The notes beneath the pieces are model-generated. The model was given only the letters and a program-made list of their open reading frames with translations, did no database searches and had not been told where the DNA came from. A DNA stretch of 55,723 nt, the filler included, from Platydemus manokwari (taxonomy: Eukaryota), in assembly GCA_037951405.1 (NCBI GenBank). It is 4 parts of 4 records of this genome, joined end to end, with 100 filler letters (N's around TTAATTAATTAA, not from the genome) between each part and the next. Parts side by side here need not be neighbours in the genome. Positions count along the whole stretch, not along the records: positions 29,995 to 43,742 come from JBBMOY011630292.1; positions 43,843 to 55,723 come from JBBMOY010415555.1; 2 more parts are not named here. One strand, written 5' to 3'. Positions 32,009-45,286 of this stretch are shown here, in pieces. Made by a program: the position numbers and the translations under genes. Within the stretch, counting starts at the first letter, position 1; each line of letters begins with the position of its first letter.

Positions 32009-32844
32009 TGTTAGGATCCAATATCCACCCACAATGAGTCATATAAGCACATATCACGCCCACCAATATAATAATATAATTAAACTCCAAAAATAAATCA
32101 AAACCTATAAAAAATAGAATTTAATAATTACAAAAATAGATTAGAATCTAAGAATAGAATTTATTAATTCCAAAATAGATCAAGATAAAAATAGGATTGT
32201 AGAATTCCAAAAATAGAAAATTTATGATTGGGCACAGATATAACGAAAAATAGTATAAAAGCAGCCGGAGAAACAGAACAATTCGCCAAAAAAATTACTA
32301 GACAAACAGCTAACTGACATTTATCAGTTTTAAGCAGCGATCTAATAGAAAATTACACGCAGCGAGAAACTTTTCGTTAGAGATCAGCACATAAAATCTC
32401 CGTCAAAAGCCAACCGATTAAGCAGCAAGGTATAAAGCGACTTATTGAGTAAATTTCATACCGTGTCGATAGATTCGGTATCAACTAAATATCTCTTCGT
32501 TTTTCTCCCGTCTTTTTAATAAGTTTTATTTCTTTGAACGGTTCACCCGTACCGTGAATCTTGCCCTCTGGTTAAGCAAGCCACGCTTCGCCAGTTCTTT
32601 GTTAACACAATTATATTTATACATTTGTGTTTCTAATTCTGTTATTCATAATTTAATTGATAATTACATTCTAGTTCAGATCGTTATTGTTATTTATTCT
32701 ATTGTTATATTATTTATATTCTAACTACTTCAAATCCAACGTAACCAATCGCTTGGAGTCCGACTGGCATTATACGAGCACAGTAACATCTAATAAAACG
32801 CAGCCAACTCTTTACCACCTAAAAACCAATAATCTACTAAAACA
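32009..32844 (+). mobile_element. Possible solo LTR
   Basis: Starts TGTTAG, has degenerate AAAAATAGA(A/T)T repeats (32110-32220) and AATAGTATAAAAGC identical to the 3' LTR TATA context, with a candidate AACA end. No TSD found. Confidence 0.35.
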
Positions 32845-33049
32845 TTTATATAAAGAAAACCAATAGAATACTCTTTCCAAATATTTGCTAGAATGAATTT
32901 ATTTTAACCAATAACAACACACGTCATTATAATAACAATATTTAAATTATACAACTACATTATGGATAAAATTGAAAATTATATAGAATTGAGTAGGTAA
33001 GTCAAAATTCACACTCGCCATGTTTGTATGTAGAATTTTTTATATACAT

Positions 33050-33365
33050 TCTTTTTAAAAGTGATTTACGTTTTAGAATGATTATTTTTGGAATTTCTGG
33101 TCGTGGATAAAAAATGTTATTATGTTCAAATTTTTTAGATTATAATAATTTAATAATTTTTTTCCAATACTGTTTATTAAGAAGAATATCAAGATTTCAA
33201 AAATAGATAATCAAAAGAAAGTATAAACAAATTATTTCAAGAACTCAATGGATTGATAAAAAGTTAACTAACCTATGACTACGGAATATAAAGTGATGGG
33301 ATTATGAATCCTTCTGATTTAAACAAATCCAAAAAGATTTTTATAATTTTTGATGATTGTATTTG
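33050..33365 (+). pseudogene. Degenerate Polinton/Maverick(adintovirus)-type packaging ATPase fragment
   Basis: Translates FRMIIFGISGRG*KMLL (Walker A), FLDYNNLIIF/SNTVY*EEYQ, SKESINKLF, NPSDLNKSKKIFIIFDDCI (Walker B), with stops and frameshifts. Confidence 0.62.
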
Positions 33366-33642
33366 TTTTTTATGCTTTATTTCTAATTAGTTCTGTACTC
33401 CGGTTGAAGCGCGATGTCAATCCGATAGGTGCCTGAATTATAATCAATCTAATTCAAATTTATTACAACGTTAAAAAATGTTTTACATAGTACAATAATC
33501 TATTTTAATTTCCTTTAGGAAAATAAACCAAAATTAGTTACTCAATCACTGAAAGTTTCAATTTATTCAGCACTCATGTTATGAAAATAATGTTCAACCA
33601 GGAATCATTCTGATATCTAACTTCTCTCTTTCTAACATGAAC

Positions 33643-33694
33643 ACAGAACATCAAACATAATTCCATATATATGGGATTATGTTTGATGTTCTGT
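33643..33694. repeat. 52-bp near-perfect palindrome
   Basis: ACAGAACATCAAACATAATTCCATAT/ATATGGGATTATGTTTGATGTTCTGT; 26-bp arms with one mismatch (G-U in RNA). Confidence 0.9.
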
Positions 33695-34183
33695 ATTGAT
33701 ATTATAATCTTTCGACTCAATAGCGTAAGTTTTTATTCTTATTATTTATTTTATTAGCTGATTTATCAAATCAAACAGACTAATAGTTATCAAAACTTTT
33801 AATTATGATATAAACAAATTTTTTTACACAAATGTCTTTTAAATAACACAGAAATTTATACAACAAATTGGTTCAGTTATCTCACTTCGAGAACTTATTC
33901 GTGTTCCGAACATTGTAGTATAAATTTTATAATATATCTTCAAAAGCTCAGAACCGTTTGAACAGGTGTTTATTTTATTTATTATTATAGGTTGTATTGT
34001 TAATATTTCCAAAAATTATTTATAATTTCGAATTTCAACGTTTCCTTATTTTTCCTGGTTCCACCGAATCTTACCGAAAATATTTCTTAGTAAGTAGAAT
34101 TGTTATCGAAGTTATTTTTCGTAAGAGTGAATTGTGATAGAAATCCACCAACTTATATAAATACCGAGATTCGGTACTTTGTA

Positions 34184-34270
34184 CAGTATTCCTCCTCCTA
34201 ACCGCCACTTTTGAGGAATTGGAAAAATGTGGCGGTTTCGAGGAATTGAAGGTTAGGAAGAGGAATACTG
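34184..34270. mobile_element. Tiny Tc1/mariner-type MITE with TA target duplication
   Basis: TA|CAGTATTCCTCCTCCTAACC ... GGTTAGGAAGAGGAATACTG|TA, 20-bp TIRs with one mismatch. Confidence 0.78.
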
Positions 34271-36345
34271 TACTTATGATTTTCCATCACTTTTACAAAT
34301 TTCTATCATTTTTGTTACTTTTTTCTTTAACTATTTATCATTTTAAAAATTCATTAAATTTGGTTGGTATTACAACTTGTATAATTCGTCGACCATTAAA
34401 ATTATTAATTTAATTTTTTTTCGGTTTCTTGAATTCTACTGGTGGTCGTTTGGAGGACCGTATTTATAGGTTGTGGTATAATTTAAATGTGTTTTGATCC
34501 AGGTCACATCAAGCTTACGAACTTAACAAACCCAACAGAACTTCATGGAGTGATATTCATTTTAATAGATAAAATCTCATTCGTAATATTTGGAATATTC
34601 ATTTCACCATCTTGATTTTCATCAGGTTGTACATTAGTTACATTTGCTTTTGAATGTACATTCATATTAGATTGCTGCCTTATTATATTAATTTGATAAG
34701 GTTGTGCTTTTATTTCCTGATTATCACTTTGTGCTCACCAGTTGTTGTATCTCAGTGGGATTTATTATTTTGCGACAGATTTAAGAATCCAAAAGATAAA
34801 TGAGTGGTCCCGATCCAAAATTAGTTGCTAATTAAAATGGCTATTAATATTTAATCCGATTAGAAATTCGCCTGTCAATAAATAATTCATTCGAGTTAGA
34901 CAATATTTTACGCTAGCAATAAAATACTAGCAATAGGTAAAAAACAAAAATGGGCACAAATTAAATCGGAAATGAATCGTAATAAACAGAAAAGTAGCAC
35001 GAATAAATTTAGAAAATCCAGTGTGTTGATGACCCACCTCAAATCAGCACAAACAAGAAGTACTGCTCATTTTTACAATTTGAAGAAACTAGTTTTGAAG
35101 AGAGTATTAGAAGCCAATTTGTTACGAAAAATTTGATTCAGTAAAAAGTGAGAAAAGTAATTTTTTAAGCATTTAAATTCTTGTATAATTACAACTTAAC
35201 ATCTATCTACTAAGTTCTAGCTTGAACCTCGTTCATCTAGAATTCAAATTAAACACTAAATATTTAAAATTCAATCAAAATTATAATAGTGGTTTCGGTG
35301 TCATTAGACTTAATCACCGATAAAATCTTCTGAGGACTCCTCTTACAGCACTGCTATCAGAGATTTATAAAATTTTCAAGTTCTATCGAAACAGAACCAA
35401 ACATTAGAATTCTAATTAGAAAGCGAAACAACTTTCTCGTTATTTGCCTCAACTATAATATAATAATTATCTCCTTTATAATAATTTATCTTATTACAAA
35501 ATATTTCATTGTGAATTTGAGTATATTTTAATATTTGTATTTCAATCACTACCTCAAGTAAGAACACTTTCATGGAAATTTGTGGAACTAAAAACATTTT
35601 ATCTGTAGGAAAGAGCCTTTAAACTTCATCTATAATTTACTAGTTAGATTTTTTGAATTCTATAACAAATGTTTGGAATCCAATAAAATTTATATAATAC
35701 AATAATATTAAACGATTACAGAGGCGAAAATATATTTGAAATTTGATTTCTACAAATCTAACTCATTAAATTAACCGGTTTAATTTAGTATTCCAATTAT
35801 AAATTTCCCTATTAAATCCAGATTGATTTTTGATATTATCACAATTATCTGAAACGTAAACACCCATAATCAATATTATCATCGCTTCACCATTATTTTT
35901 TCACATACATTAGCCAAGTTGGGGTGTGAGGAATTTAGTCTACTAATTCGCCCAGAAATGTAATAGAATGCCAGCAGAGCTATAAATGTGAAGTTGATCT
36001 ATCAAAGAGAATATCAGCTGTATTATAATCTGGCTCATGTGAAAAACAACTAAAATATATGGAGTGATTAAATTTGAATATTGTTTCGTTATGATGTGTT
36101 GTTAATGTTCCAATCAGAAAACAGATACAAGTCACAACTTTATCCAATAATATATTTATATATATTCTGACGTTCAATAACATTTTCATAACAGAAATTA
36201 ATAATAAATCGAGATTTATTTTAATAAAATAGAATACATTTACTGTTTAAAATTAAAACAAATACAATTCGTTACAACTGGGTTTAGTCAAAATGAATAT
36301 ATTAATTTATATTGTCACGTATCTGCTAATAAATTGCACAAAGAA

Positions 36346-39300
36346 CTAATGATCAGGAGGATCGACATTTTCATATATGTTTGTACATAAATGAGAAAAT
36401 ACAGCTAATAAGTGAGAAAACGTTGGTCTATCTTCAGGTCTGTATGCCCAACATTGCTGCATCAGCATATATACTTTGTCTGATGTGAATTTTGGTCTTG
36501 GAAGTCGAACACCTTCTTCTATTTGCCGTAAAACCTCAAAACTATCTTGCTGCGCGTACGGATGTTCTCCTAAACTCCACATTTCCCATAGGCATACCCC
36601 ATAACTCCAAACATCACTGGCATGACTGAATGTTTTATAATAAATTGATTCTGGAGCGTACCATTTCACCGGCCATTTACCACGTCTTGTGGCTTTATAA
36701 TAATCGCTTTCAACGCCAACTGCTCTCGACAATCCAAAATCACTAATTTTGCAACAATTCTCATTAGACAATAGAACATTCCTACAAGCCAAATCTCGAT
36801 GTACAAATCCTTTACTCTCTAGATAAGTCATACCGCTAGCAATCTTCCATGAAAAAATTAATATTTTTTATCATTTATAATCGATTCGATATCAATTTAT
36901 ACCTGCATCGCCCAGTTGTGAAGATCACTAAGTTGAATCTTTTCAGGATAATCTAGTAAATAATCTAAAAGTGATCCCAAATTGGCAACTTCTAATATCA
37001 TCATTAGTCTCTTATTTTCACACACCCCATACATGGTAATGATATTTGGATGAGATAATTGCATCATAATACTTGCTTCTTTCATAAAATCTAATCTTTG
37101 AGATGGCTGTACCAAAACCTAAACCGAAAAATCGATATACATTTTACGGAACTATTCATAAATATTCAGTTAATCATGAAAAACAGTTCAGTCTCGAAAT
37201 AAACAGATAAAGAAATCAAAATAAAACATTCAATTATTTAATGAAAAATTAGATGATATATTGAGTTATAATTTCAAATCGGTAGAGTTAACTACAGAAA
37301 CCATCCAATAACTAGGAATTCTCAATATTTCAAGTTTTTTTAAAAATATATTAAGTAAGTCGCTCTGATATACAGTCGACCGGAACGAAGAAAATGTCAT
37401 TATTTCTCGGATATCAGCAATATTTATTTTGTATTTCTTTAAATTTATATACGATCTGATTTTACATTTAACTTTAGTTATAATACTGTCAGTACCATCC
37501 CATTTAATATGTCCATAGGCGTTTATATCTTAAGTAATTCTTAATAAAGATAAAAATTATCAAAAGATTAAATAAAAATTTCCCTTAATTAAATTTTAAT
37601 GCGGCTTATATTTGATAATTTAACCCACCGATACTAAACCATTTTAGTTTTCATACCATTAAGAAATCTGTTATACATAAAAAGGAAATTTATTGAGAAT
37701 ATTGGAGAAACAAAATATAATCTTTTCTTTATCTTAGTTATAAATCACTATTCAAAACTAACTTCTGTAGCATTTACACCATTTTTATTTAATTAGACAT
37801 TTCTTTATATTTGCAAATGCCAATTGTTTACATTAAATAAAATAACAAAATTATAATTAATGCTGTAAAACTAATAAAAATTAATAATTATTTATTTATT
37901 TATTGAGTACCCCTAGAATTCTTGTGCTGTGCCTTTTGAGAACAGGTATCAATTAGGAGCGATTTATTTATAAAAATATATTATAAATAGTGAATTACAA
38001 AGCATTTATTAGAGAGCTTTTCGATTTCTCAGTTAATTATAAAACTCGAATCGTATGAAATAAAACATCTTATTTATAAAATACAAATATAAAATATAAA
38101 TATCACCTTAACAGCAACTTCTTCAACTTGGCCATTATCTAAATGCAGTCTACCTCTATATACTTCGCCAAATTCGCCTTCGCCAAGCCTGTATAACAGA
38201 ATGACTGCATCGCTTGGTATCATTCTGATTTCTGAGTTATTATTGGCCATTTGACTCCAAACACCTGAGCTGCTACTAGAACTCAACCTCGGCGGATTAT
38301 TGCTATTTAGATTCTAAATACAGATAAAATGTTATTAGTTTATCACTCCAGATCAAATTATAATTAAAATTATTATCGCCAGGGAAACACCTATTATTTG
38401 AAGGTTCTGTGTAAAACATTTTCATAACATCACCAATATTCAAAGCTGTCTAACTAAACAATTAACCTTGAGTTATGGCCCAAGTTTCAGTTTCAATTAT
38501 TGTATTTGAATAGTGCGGATTTTTGCTTTTGTACTAATAATAAAATAGATTTTCATTTAGTATCAAGATTGACAATCTAGAATATCTGATAAAATTAAAT
38601 AAACGACAAATTAATTATTTTTAATTATAATTAAATTTAAAATTATTTTGGAGTTTTTCTAATGAAAATAGTAATTTTATTAAAAGAAATTAAATAATCG
38701 ATATTAATAAAGATTTTTCCCAAAATCTAGAAATACTCAATAATTAGTATTAATAGCAGTAAAATTATGAAATGAGAGTAAAAGCAGATTTCAGAACTAT
38801 GGAGATAGGAAAATGCACTCCACTATCAAAGGAATGAGGAATCTAAAATTTACCGATTTTATAGAAGCGAAAAAATACAGTGATCTTCAAAAATGAAAGT
38901 TATGGATGTAATGTGATTCAATGAACTATTTTAGAGTACCAATTTAGACTATTATGGAACAAAGATCACTGAGATTTGTTCGATTTCAAATCGTATTAAT
39001 TTAAAATATAAATATAAAGTACAATATAAAACAAATACATAAAGTAAAAACATTTTATAAAGCATAGATATATTAATGTTTTATTCGGAAGAAGAATCTT
39101 TCCAAAATTATCAAAAGTAAAAATGCTCAATGGTAAAGCCATTGAATTGACAACGATAAGCTGTTGATGAATAAATTTATAATTAAAAATCTCGACGTGC
39201 TATATCAAATATGATATATAGATAATTATATGCGTTATTTATATTTGACACATATCTTAATCTACGAATAATAACACAATGTTTAGATCAAAAATATGAT

Positions 39301-42300
39301 ATCGTAAATCATATTTCACAGTTGTACAACATAATAGTTATTGTATTTCAATTAAAATGTTGAAAAAGATTTCCAATAAATAAAATTGACCTTTCAAAAC
39401 TCGGAATATCAAGTCCATTTTTATACTCCCCCGTAACTTAAGTTTATTTAAAAATGACGAATCAAAAACATTGTTCAGACCTCTGTCCATCCATTAGAAA
39501 TTCTTACTTAGCTAATTCAGAGTACCCGATATTTATCACATAAAGGGAATAATATTGGATCTTCAATTTTGTCAATGAAAACTAATAATTTGGAAAATTA
39601 TAAATTCTATCGACTTCTAAAATATTTTTCTCGATTCTAAATGAATTTATTATTAATAAATAATCAAATTTACTCTTAAATAATTCTAACCATATGATTT
39701 TAAATTTAAATTGTATGTTAAAATTGAAAGTAAAGAACAATTGTATAAACCTCTTATCGATTTTATTTTTATTCGTGATAAATATTTCATTTTTCAACAA
39801 ATTATATTCGTGATAATGAAAAGATCATTAACAAAAATATACATTTCCAATTCTGCTAATAACATTTTTCAAATAACTCTTAATTGACTTTCTCGAATCA
39901 CAAAAATTTTCCACAAAAAAATTCCAAAATTGTCTATTAGCCATATTTATTGTGACAAACATAAATGTCACAGAAACCTAATTTTTCTCCGATTTCAGTT
40001 TAAAAAACCGACCCAAAAACCACAGAAAATATATCCAAATCAAATCTATCAAATCAGTAAACCAAAGATTACACAGATTCGTCGTATCCAATGTAAACAG
40101 TCAACACTTCACAATTGAATGTTTAAATGTATGATTATGGAGAAATTATTGTGAAAACATTCATAAATTTCAGACTGCCAAATTTCAAAAATATAAGTCT
40201 GTATGTGCGTGTATGCACGATTAATAATGCCTGATTAATGCATTCAAAACTACCAGCCCACACTACAAATTAATCCGTTCCAAATATGTTTCGGTCAATG
40301 TCGTGTCAACGTTCCGCGTACGAACTATTTTTAAACACTTAACCAAAACCTTACGTGTAGTAAATTAGATTTATGCTAATCTGCACAGCAAAAAATCAAT
40401 GGAACACCGTCACTAGATTATTGATAACTTTCAAAACAAATCAGTTCAGCTCAATACAGAAATAATAATGAATTAGTTAATTAAGAAAAGCAAAGCGATG
40501 ATTGAAAGTCAGTTTAAATTTAAATGGTCTTTGTCGTTAGAAAGATTCATTAAATCTGTGTTAGACGATGTTCAAGAATGATTTATCTCAACTACAAACA
40601 TCGAAAATGCTATTCGGTAGAAATTTAAATAAAGATCAAAGATAAAACTTATGGTCTCGTATAATAGCTATATATAAATTGGTTTCATCAAGTATTGTGT
40701 TCTTAGTTTTCAGACGAATATAAAATTTGTAAACTACCGAAAGCATCAGTGCCCTAAATTTCCAAATCTATAATTAAAGATTGTGTTTTCACTCACCTCA
40801 AATCACATGAAATTTTTAATCCCATAGAAACTAAATGCTTTGGAAAAAATGATTTATATAATAAACAAGAAATTATTTTATTGTGTAAATGTTTAAGCCA
40901 AGATATCAACAATCGATTTGGCCAAAATAAATCTAGTTTACATGCGATTGAGAATTATTACGGTATTATAGAGAGACACGTATTTGATGTTAATTAACTT
41001 TTGTATTGATTAAAATCATTATTATAATACATGTATCACTAGCAATCATTAAGACAACAGAATATCTGTTCTCCTAACAAAAGAGAATGGCATTTCTCAA
41101 ATGACAGAAATTTCCCCATCACAGAAATTTTTCAGCAACTCCATCTCATCATTGAAGAAATCTTGAATTTATATTTACGATTTAGTACAATATGCTAACG
41201 TTTAATAAAGACTTATGCTTTTTGATCTCAAAACGAGATACCATATCTCATTGATTGATGTTGTATAAATTATTCAATAATTTGTATGAAGAATGTTTTT
41301 CCTTAAGACGCAATATAAAATATAATTTATGGATAAGGAATAATTTTTCAAATTAACCATATCACGATGAACGATAGATTTCTCTACAGCATCAGCATTA
41401 TTGAATTTTTAATCCAAAAATTTTGTCAAGTTTTAAGGCAATCATATTTCATTGCTGATTCCGTAAATAATTGTCAAAATTATGAGAAAAATCATTCGTC
41501 AGACGCTATTAATCAATTACAAAAAAAGGAAATGTATATAAAATAACTATCAACATTACACAAAATCGATAAATTCCAATGTAGAATTTCAGTTTGTATA
41601 TCAGTTGGACTAGAATATAGATAACATTGTATAAGTGTAAATTAATTTAAAAATTGCTTCGAAGACTTTTAAAGATATTGGAATGCTTAAAAATGCACAT
41701 AAACAGTAATAAAAATTAATGAATTTATGTTTGTGAAATTTTTGAATTGATTTCTTCTATCAAATACAAACATTCGTGACAAGTATATTAATTATTCCTC
41801 AAATAAATTATCACTCCAATGTATTATCTCATCATTGTTGTTTGAATAATCAAATCGATTATTTTTATAAAAGATATTAAATAAATAAATAATTCAAGAT
41901 TAACACAACAAAATAAATAATCGAAATAAACAAAGCTATGATTAAACTTCACTTTTTAATATTCATCTAAAATCGAAAAATATTATCCAAAAATTATTCA
42001 AACAAAATCAAACTCGAATTAAAATGAAATTCTAATTTTATTTCCATTGTAAAGAAAGGAAAGTTCCAGATTGTTTAAATAGCGAATCGATGAGATTATA
42101 ACATTTGCATTTACTGAGTATCTTCTCAGTCGATAAAATCAATATTTGAAGATTCTTTTTAAATTGCCAAATTTATATATATTATTAATTTTCTTAATTT
42201 GCTGCTTTAATAAAACATTTATTTTCGTTTTCATGTAGACAGCCATTGGTAAAATTTAATTGACAAAAAAGATTTTCTCTAATTTAAACATTTTTCAAAT

Positions 42301-43141
42301 TTCTGTTTAATAGTAATAACATTGATATTCACTTCTGCACATATCGAGAAATTGATATTGTTTGAAAAATCCAAATTTTAAGAATTTTGTTTAAATAAAG
42401 TGGGCTTTTTTGATATAAAAATTGAAAAATACCACAACATATATTAAATGTTGAATTCTAAAAATTATCTATCTCTTCTATCGTGGACAATGAAAAATAA
42501 TTTCGAATAGTGTAATATTTACTTTTAATAAATGTAAGGCTGATAACATGCCGATGGAGCGGAACCCGTGTTTTAATATTCAAATTTTTATATAAATGAA
42601 AAATCAATCGATATATTTTAAGAAAATAGATTACGTGATTACGATTGGCCCTAACTAGAGCTTTAACTACGTCCTCAGCACCGAGCTTCCAACCGGACGT
42701 TGTTGTTGAAATCTTTATCAATTCTTTGTTCATCTGCTCACTTCCAGGAGGTAGTAATCGTTCCGTATCTAGAATTCTGCCTTTTGGCGATACAGCAAAT
42801 CTTAATCTGGTAGGAATTCCGTCTGCAAATCGACTATAATGTTCCACTAAATGATCTAGTGACAAATGCAATGGACCCTTAACGATTAATTTAATTGGAT
42901 TTACTGTTGAAAACAATACTTTGTCTATGAAATAGGCTTCTTTGCTATCACTGTGGAAAGAAAAGTCGACAATTTCGATTTGATATTTAAGGCTCTGTCT
43001 GTGGTATATTAATACTAAAACCAATTTCCTATCACTTTGAGAACTGCGTCGAATTAGAAAAGCCCCATCTTGGTTTGGACAGTGAGTTGTAAGAAAGCGC
43101 TCTGTATCGTTTTTGTTTAAGCTAGGATGATACCAATCATC
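36346..43141 (-). CDS. shark: SHARK/HTK16 (Syk/ZAP70-related) non-receptor tyrosine kinase, partial
   Basis: SH2 exons 43141-42920 (WYH...GAFLIR) and 42877-42635 (GPLHLSLDHLVEHYSRFADG, SHARK-like). Kinase exons 38313-38107 (GEGEFG, VAVK), 37118-36903 and 36843-36346 (HRDLACRN, DFGLSRAVG, KWPVKWYAPES). The N-terminal SH2/ankyrin part was not seen before the gap. Confidence 0.82.
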
Positions 43142-43742
43142 CTGAAATAAATATAATTACACTCATATAGATTAAAAACACTAAAACATATTTTACAAAT
43201 CTCAATTAATTATCGGGCACTATACAGATATGTTCCAACATAATTTTTACACCCTTATTAATGAGAATTATAACAAAGAAAATATTAATTCAAGTTTAAA
43301 ACTAAAGGTTGGGACCAAATATCAATTTAAAAAAATCCAAAAAAACTTATAATTCTTAAGCCTCAAAATACCAAATATTCGACAAATAAATTTCAACAAA
43401 TATGTAAATATTCAAAATTTCTCACGATCGTTAATATATAGAAAATATTCAGTTATGCCAACATTAATTAGATTTTTATTTGTCAACAAAAGATGATTAG
43501 TTAGTAAGCATATCAATGACTATCTCGAGGAAAACTTTAAGTTTTGTGCGAACATGTTCGAACCTACATTTTTCGTAACTAAATCCATACCATTTTACTT
43601 GCTATAACTGCATCAAATCAACCTGAGAAAATAATTATGATGATTAAAGTATAAGCTCAGGGCTATTATGAAAAATATAATAAAATCAAATATCATATGA
43701 TAATGATTTATATTTCCTTGTATTGATTGTTCATGAAAAGAT

Positions 43743-43842
43743 NNNNNNNNNNNNNNNNNNNNNNNNNNNNNNNNNNNNNNNNNNNNTTAATTAATTAANN
43801 NNNNNNNNNNNNNNNNNNNNNNNNNNNNNNNNNNNNNNNNNN
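43743..43842. other. Artificial assembly spacer
   Basis: 44N-TTAATTAATTAA-44N. Confidence 0.97.
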
Positions 43843-44055
43843 CCTTGATGTTTTTCATTATTGTTATTCTATTTTAATAATTAACTCTTTATTTTATTCT
43901 ATTAACATATACTGTTATTCATTTCTCATATATTTTATTATGTATGTATCATGTTATACCATGATATTCTATTATCATTATCATGTTTATATATTTTATT
44001 ATTCATCTTCATATATGTATATTTTATTATTCATTTTCATATGTGTTATCCCAAC

Positions 44056-44760
44056 AATATGAAATAGAATCGCAAACACAAGTCTTCACCAACTGCAAAC
44101 CACCCCACTATTTTGTACTCTATAGACGCGATAGAATCATGGACATACTGGCCAAGGAAATTGTTAACAATACGGATTACAGAGTCTTTGTAGAGAAAGA
44201 ATGTCAATTTACTGAATCCAAATTAAGGGTAAATATTCAACTAATAAATGATCAAAAATCTACGATCGTCCTAGTCGATGTAAAATGCCCCATGTTTTAA
44301 TGGACGAAACATCTCAAAAGAATATAGAGAAATACACAGACCTCCGAAATGCGATAAAAAAGCGTCCCGACTGGACTGTGGGACAGTTCACTTTTGTTGT
44401 AGGAGTTCTCGGGACTTGGTAAACACAGACAAACGATGCAGTCCTAAAGAAATTAGGAATGAACAAGAAAATGATAAACAAGATAGATATTGCCTGCATA
44501 AAGTCGAATATAAATGCGAGCTATCTGCAATGGAAGTTCCATACGGTAAAAAAAAATGGCAACAAAGACAGCCTTAAAAATAAGGGAAGATTTCCAAGAC
44601 AATATCGATTAGATGACGGAAACAGAATTGAATGAAATGCTAAATTAATTGTATGATTGAACTAGTGAACTGTGATTCATGGATTGATCGAAAGAAAGAA
44701 CCATGTATATCCTATATTTTAATGTATGGGTATCTCGAATATCAATGTTTATGAATAAAT
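44056..44760 (+). mobile_element. 3' fragment of an RLE-bearing non-LTR retrotransposon (NeSL/R2 group), degenerate
   Basis: ESQTQVFTNC...YRRDRIMDILAKEI...VEKE...LRVNI...VDVKCP, then after a frameshift KNIEKYTDL...FVVGVLGTW*..NDAVLKKLG...SYLQWKFH. These are decayed zinc-knuckle and restriction-like endonuclease motifs. AATAAA near 44754. Confidence 0.8.
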
Positions 44761-45286
44761 ATTAGTATGTATATAATTACGATGTTATATAGATCATTTT
44801 ATTATTTATGAGCTAATAACGTATTGGGATGTTTATTGGATTGTAGCTACAGATGATTGCCTAATCACTAATCAACATGCAATCAAACAACATACGCACA
44901 TCATACAAACCATATTCACATTTCCATTAACGAATCTCCCTTACAATAGTCATATATGATTTTGGCTTGGTTCACCATCTTGGTCGAATCCACGAGTCTC
45001 TTTGAGGATATCGTTAGTTTGTCTATAACTCAAAGAATTTTAGGAATTTTTTGCTTGATAAATTGGTATTTATAAAATGGAACTTCAATTATATTGAAAT
45101 AGTTTATTATATCTAGTGAAGAAAAGACCTTATCTTATGAAATTACGAATTCAATATCTTTGTTTATATAAACTATTAGTGGCAGTTTATTTTGTACGTT
45201 CAGCTTGTTTAGGACATTGTTTTATATAAAAATAATTTTGAAAAAAGTGAAATTCAAAAGTGAATATTCCTTAAACCTTATTACAA

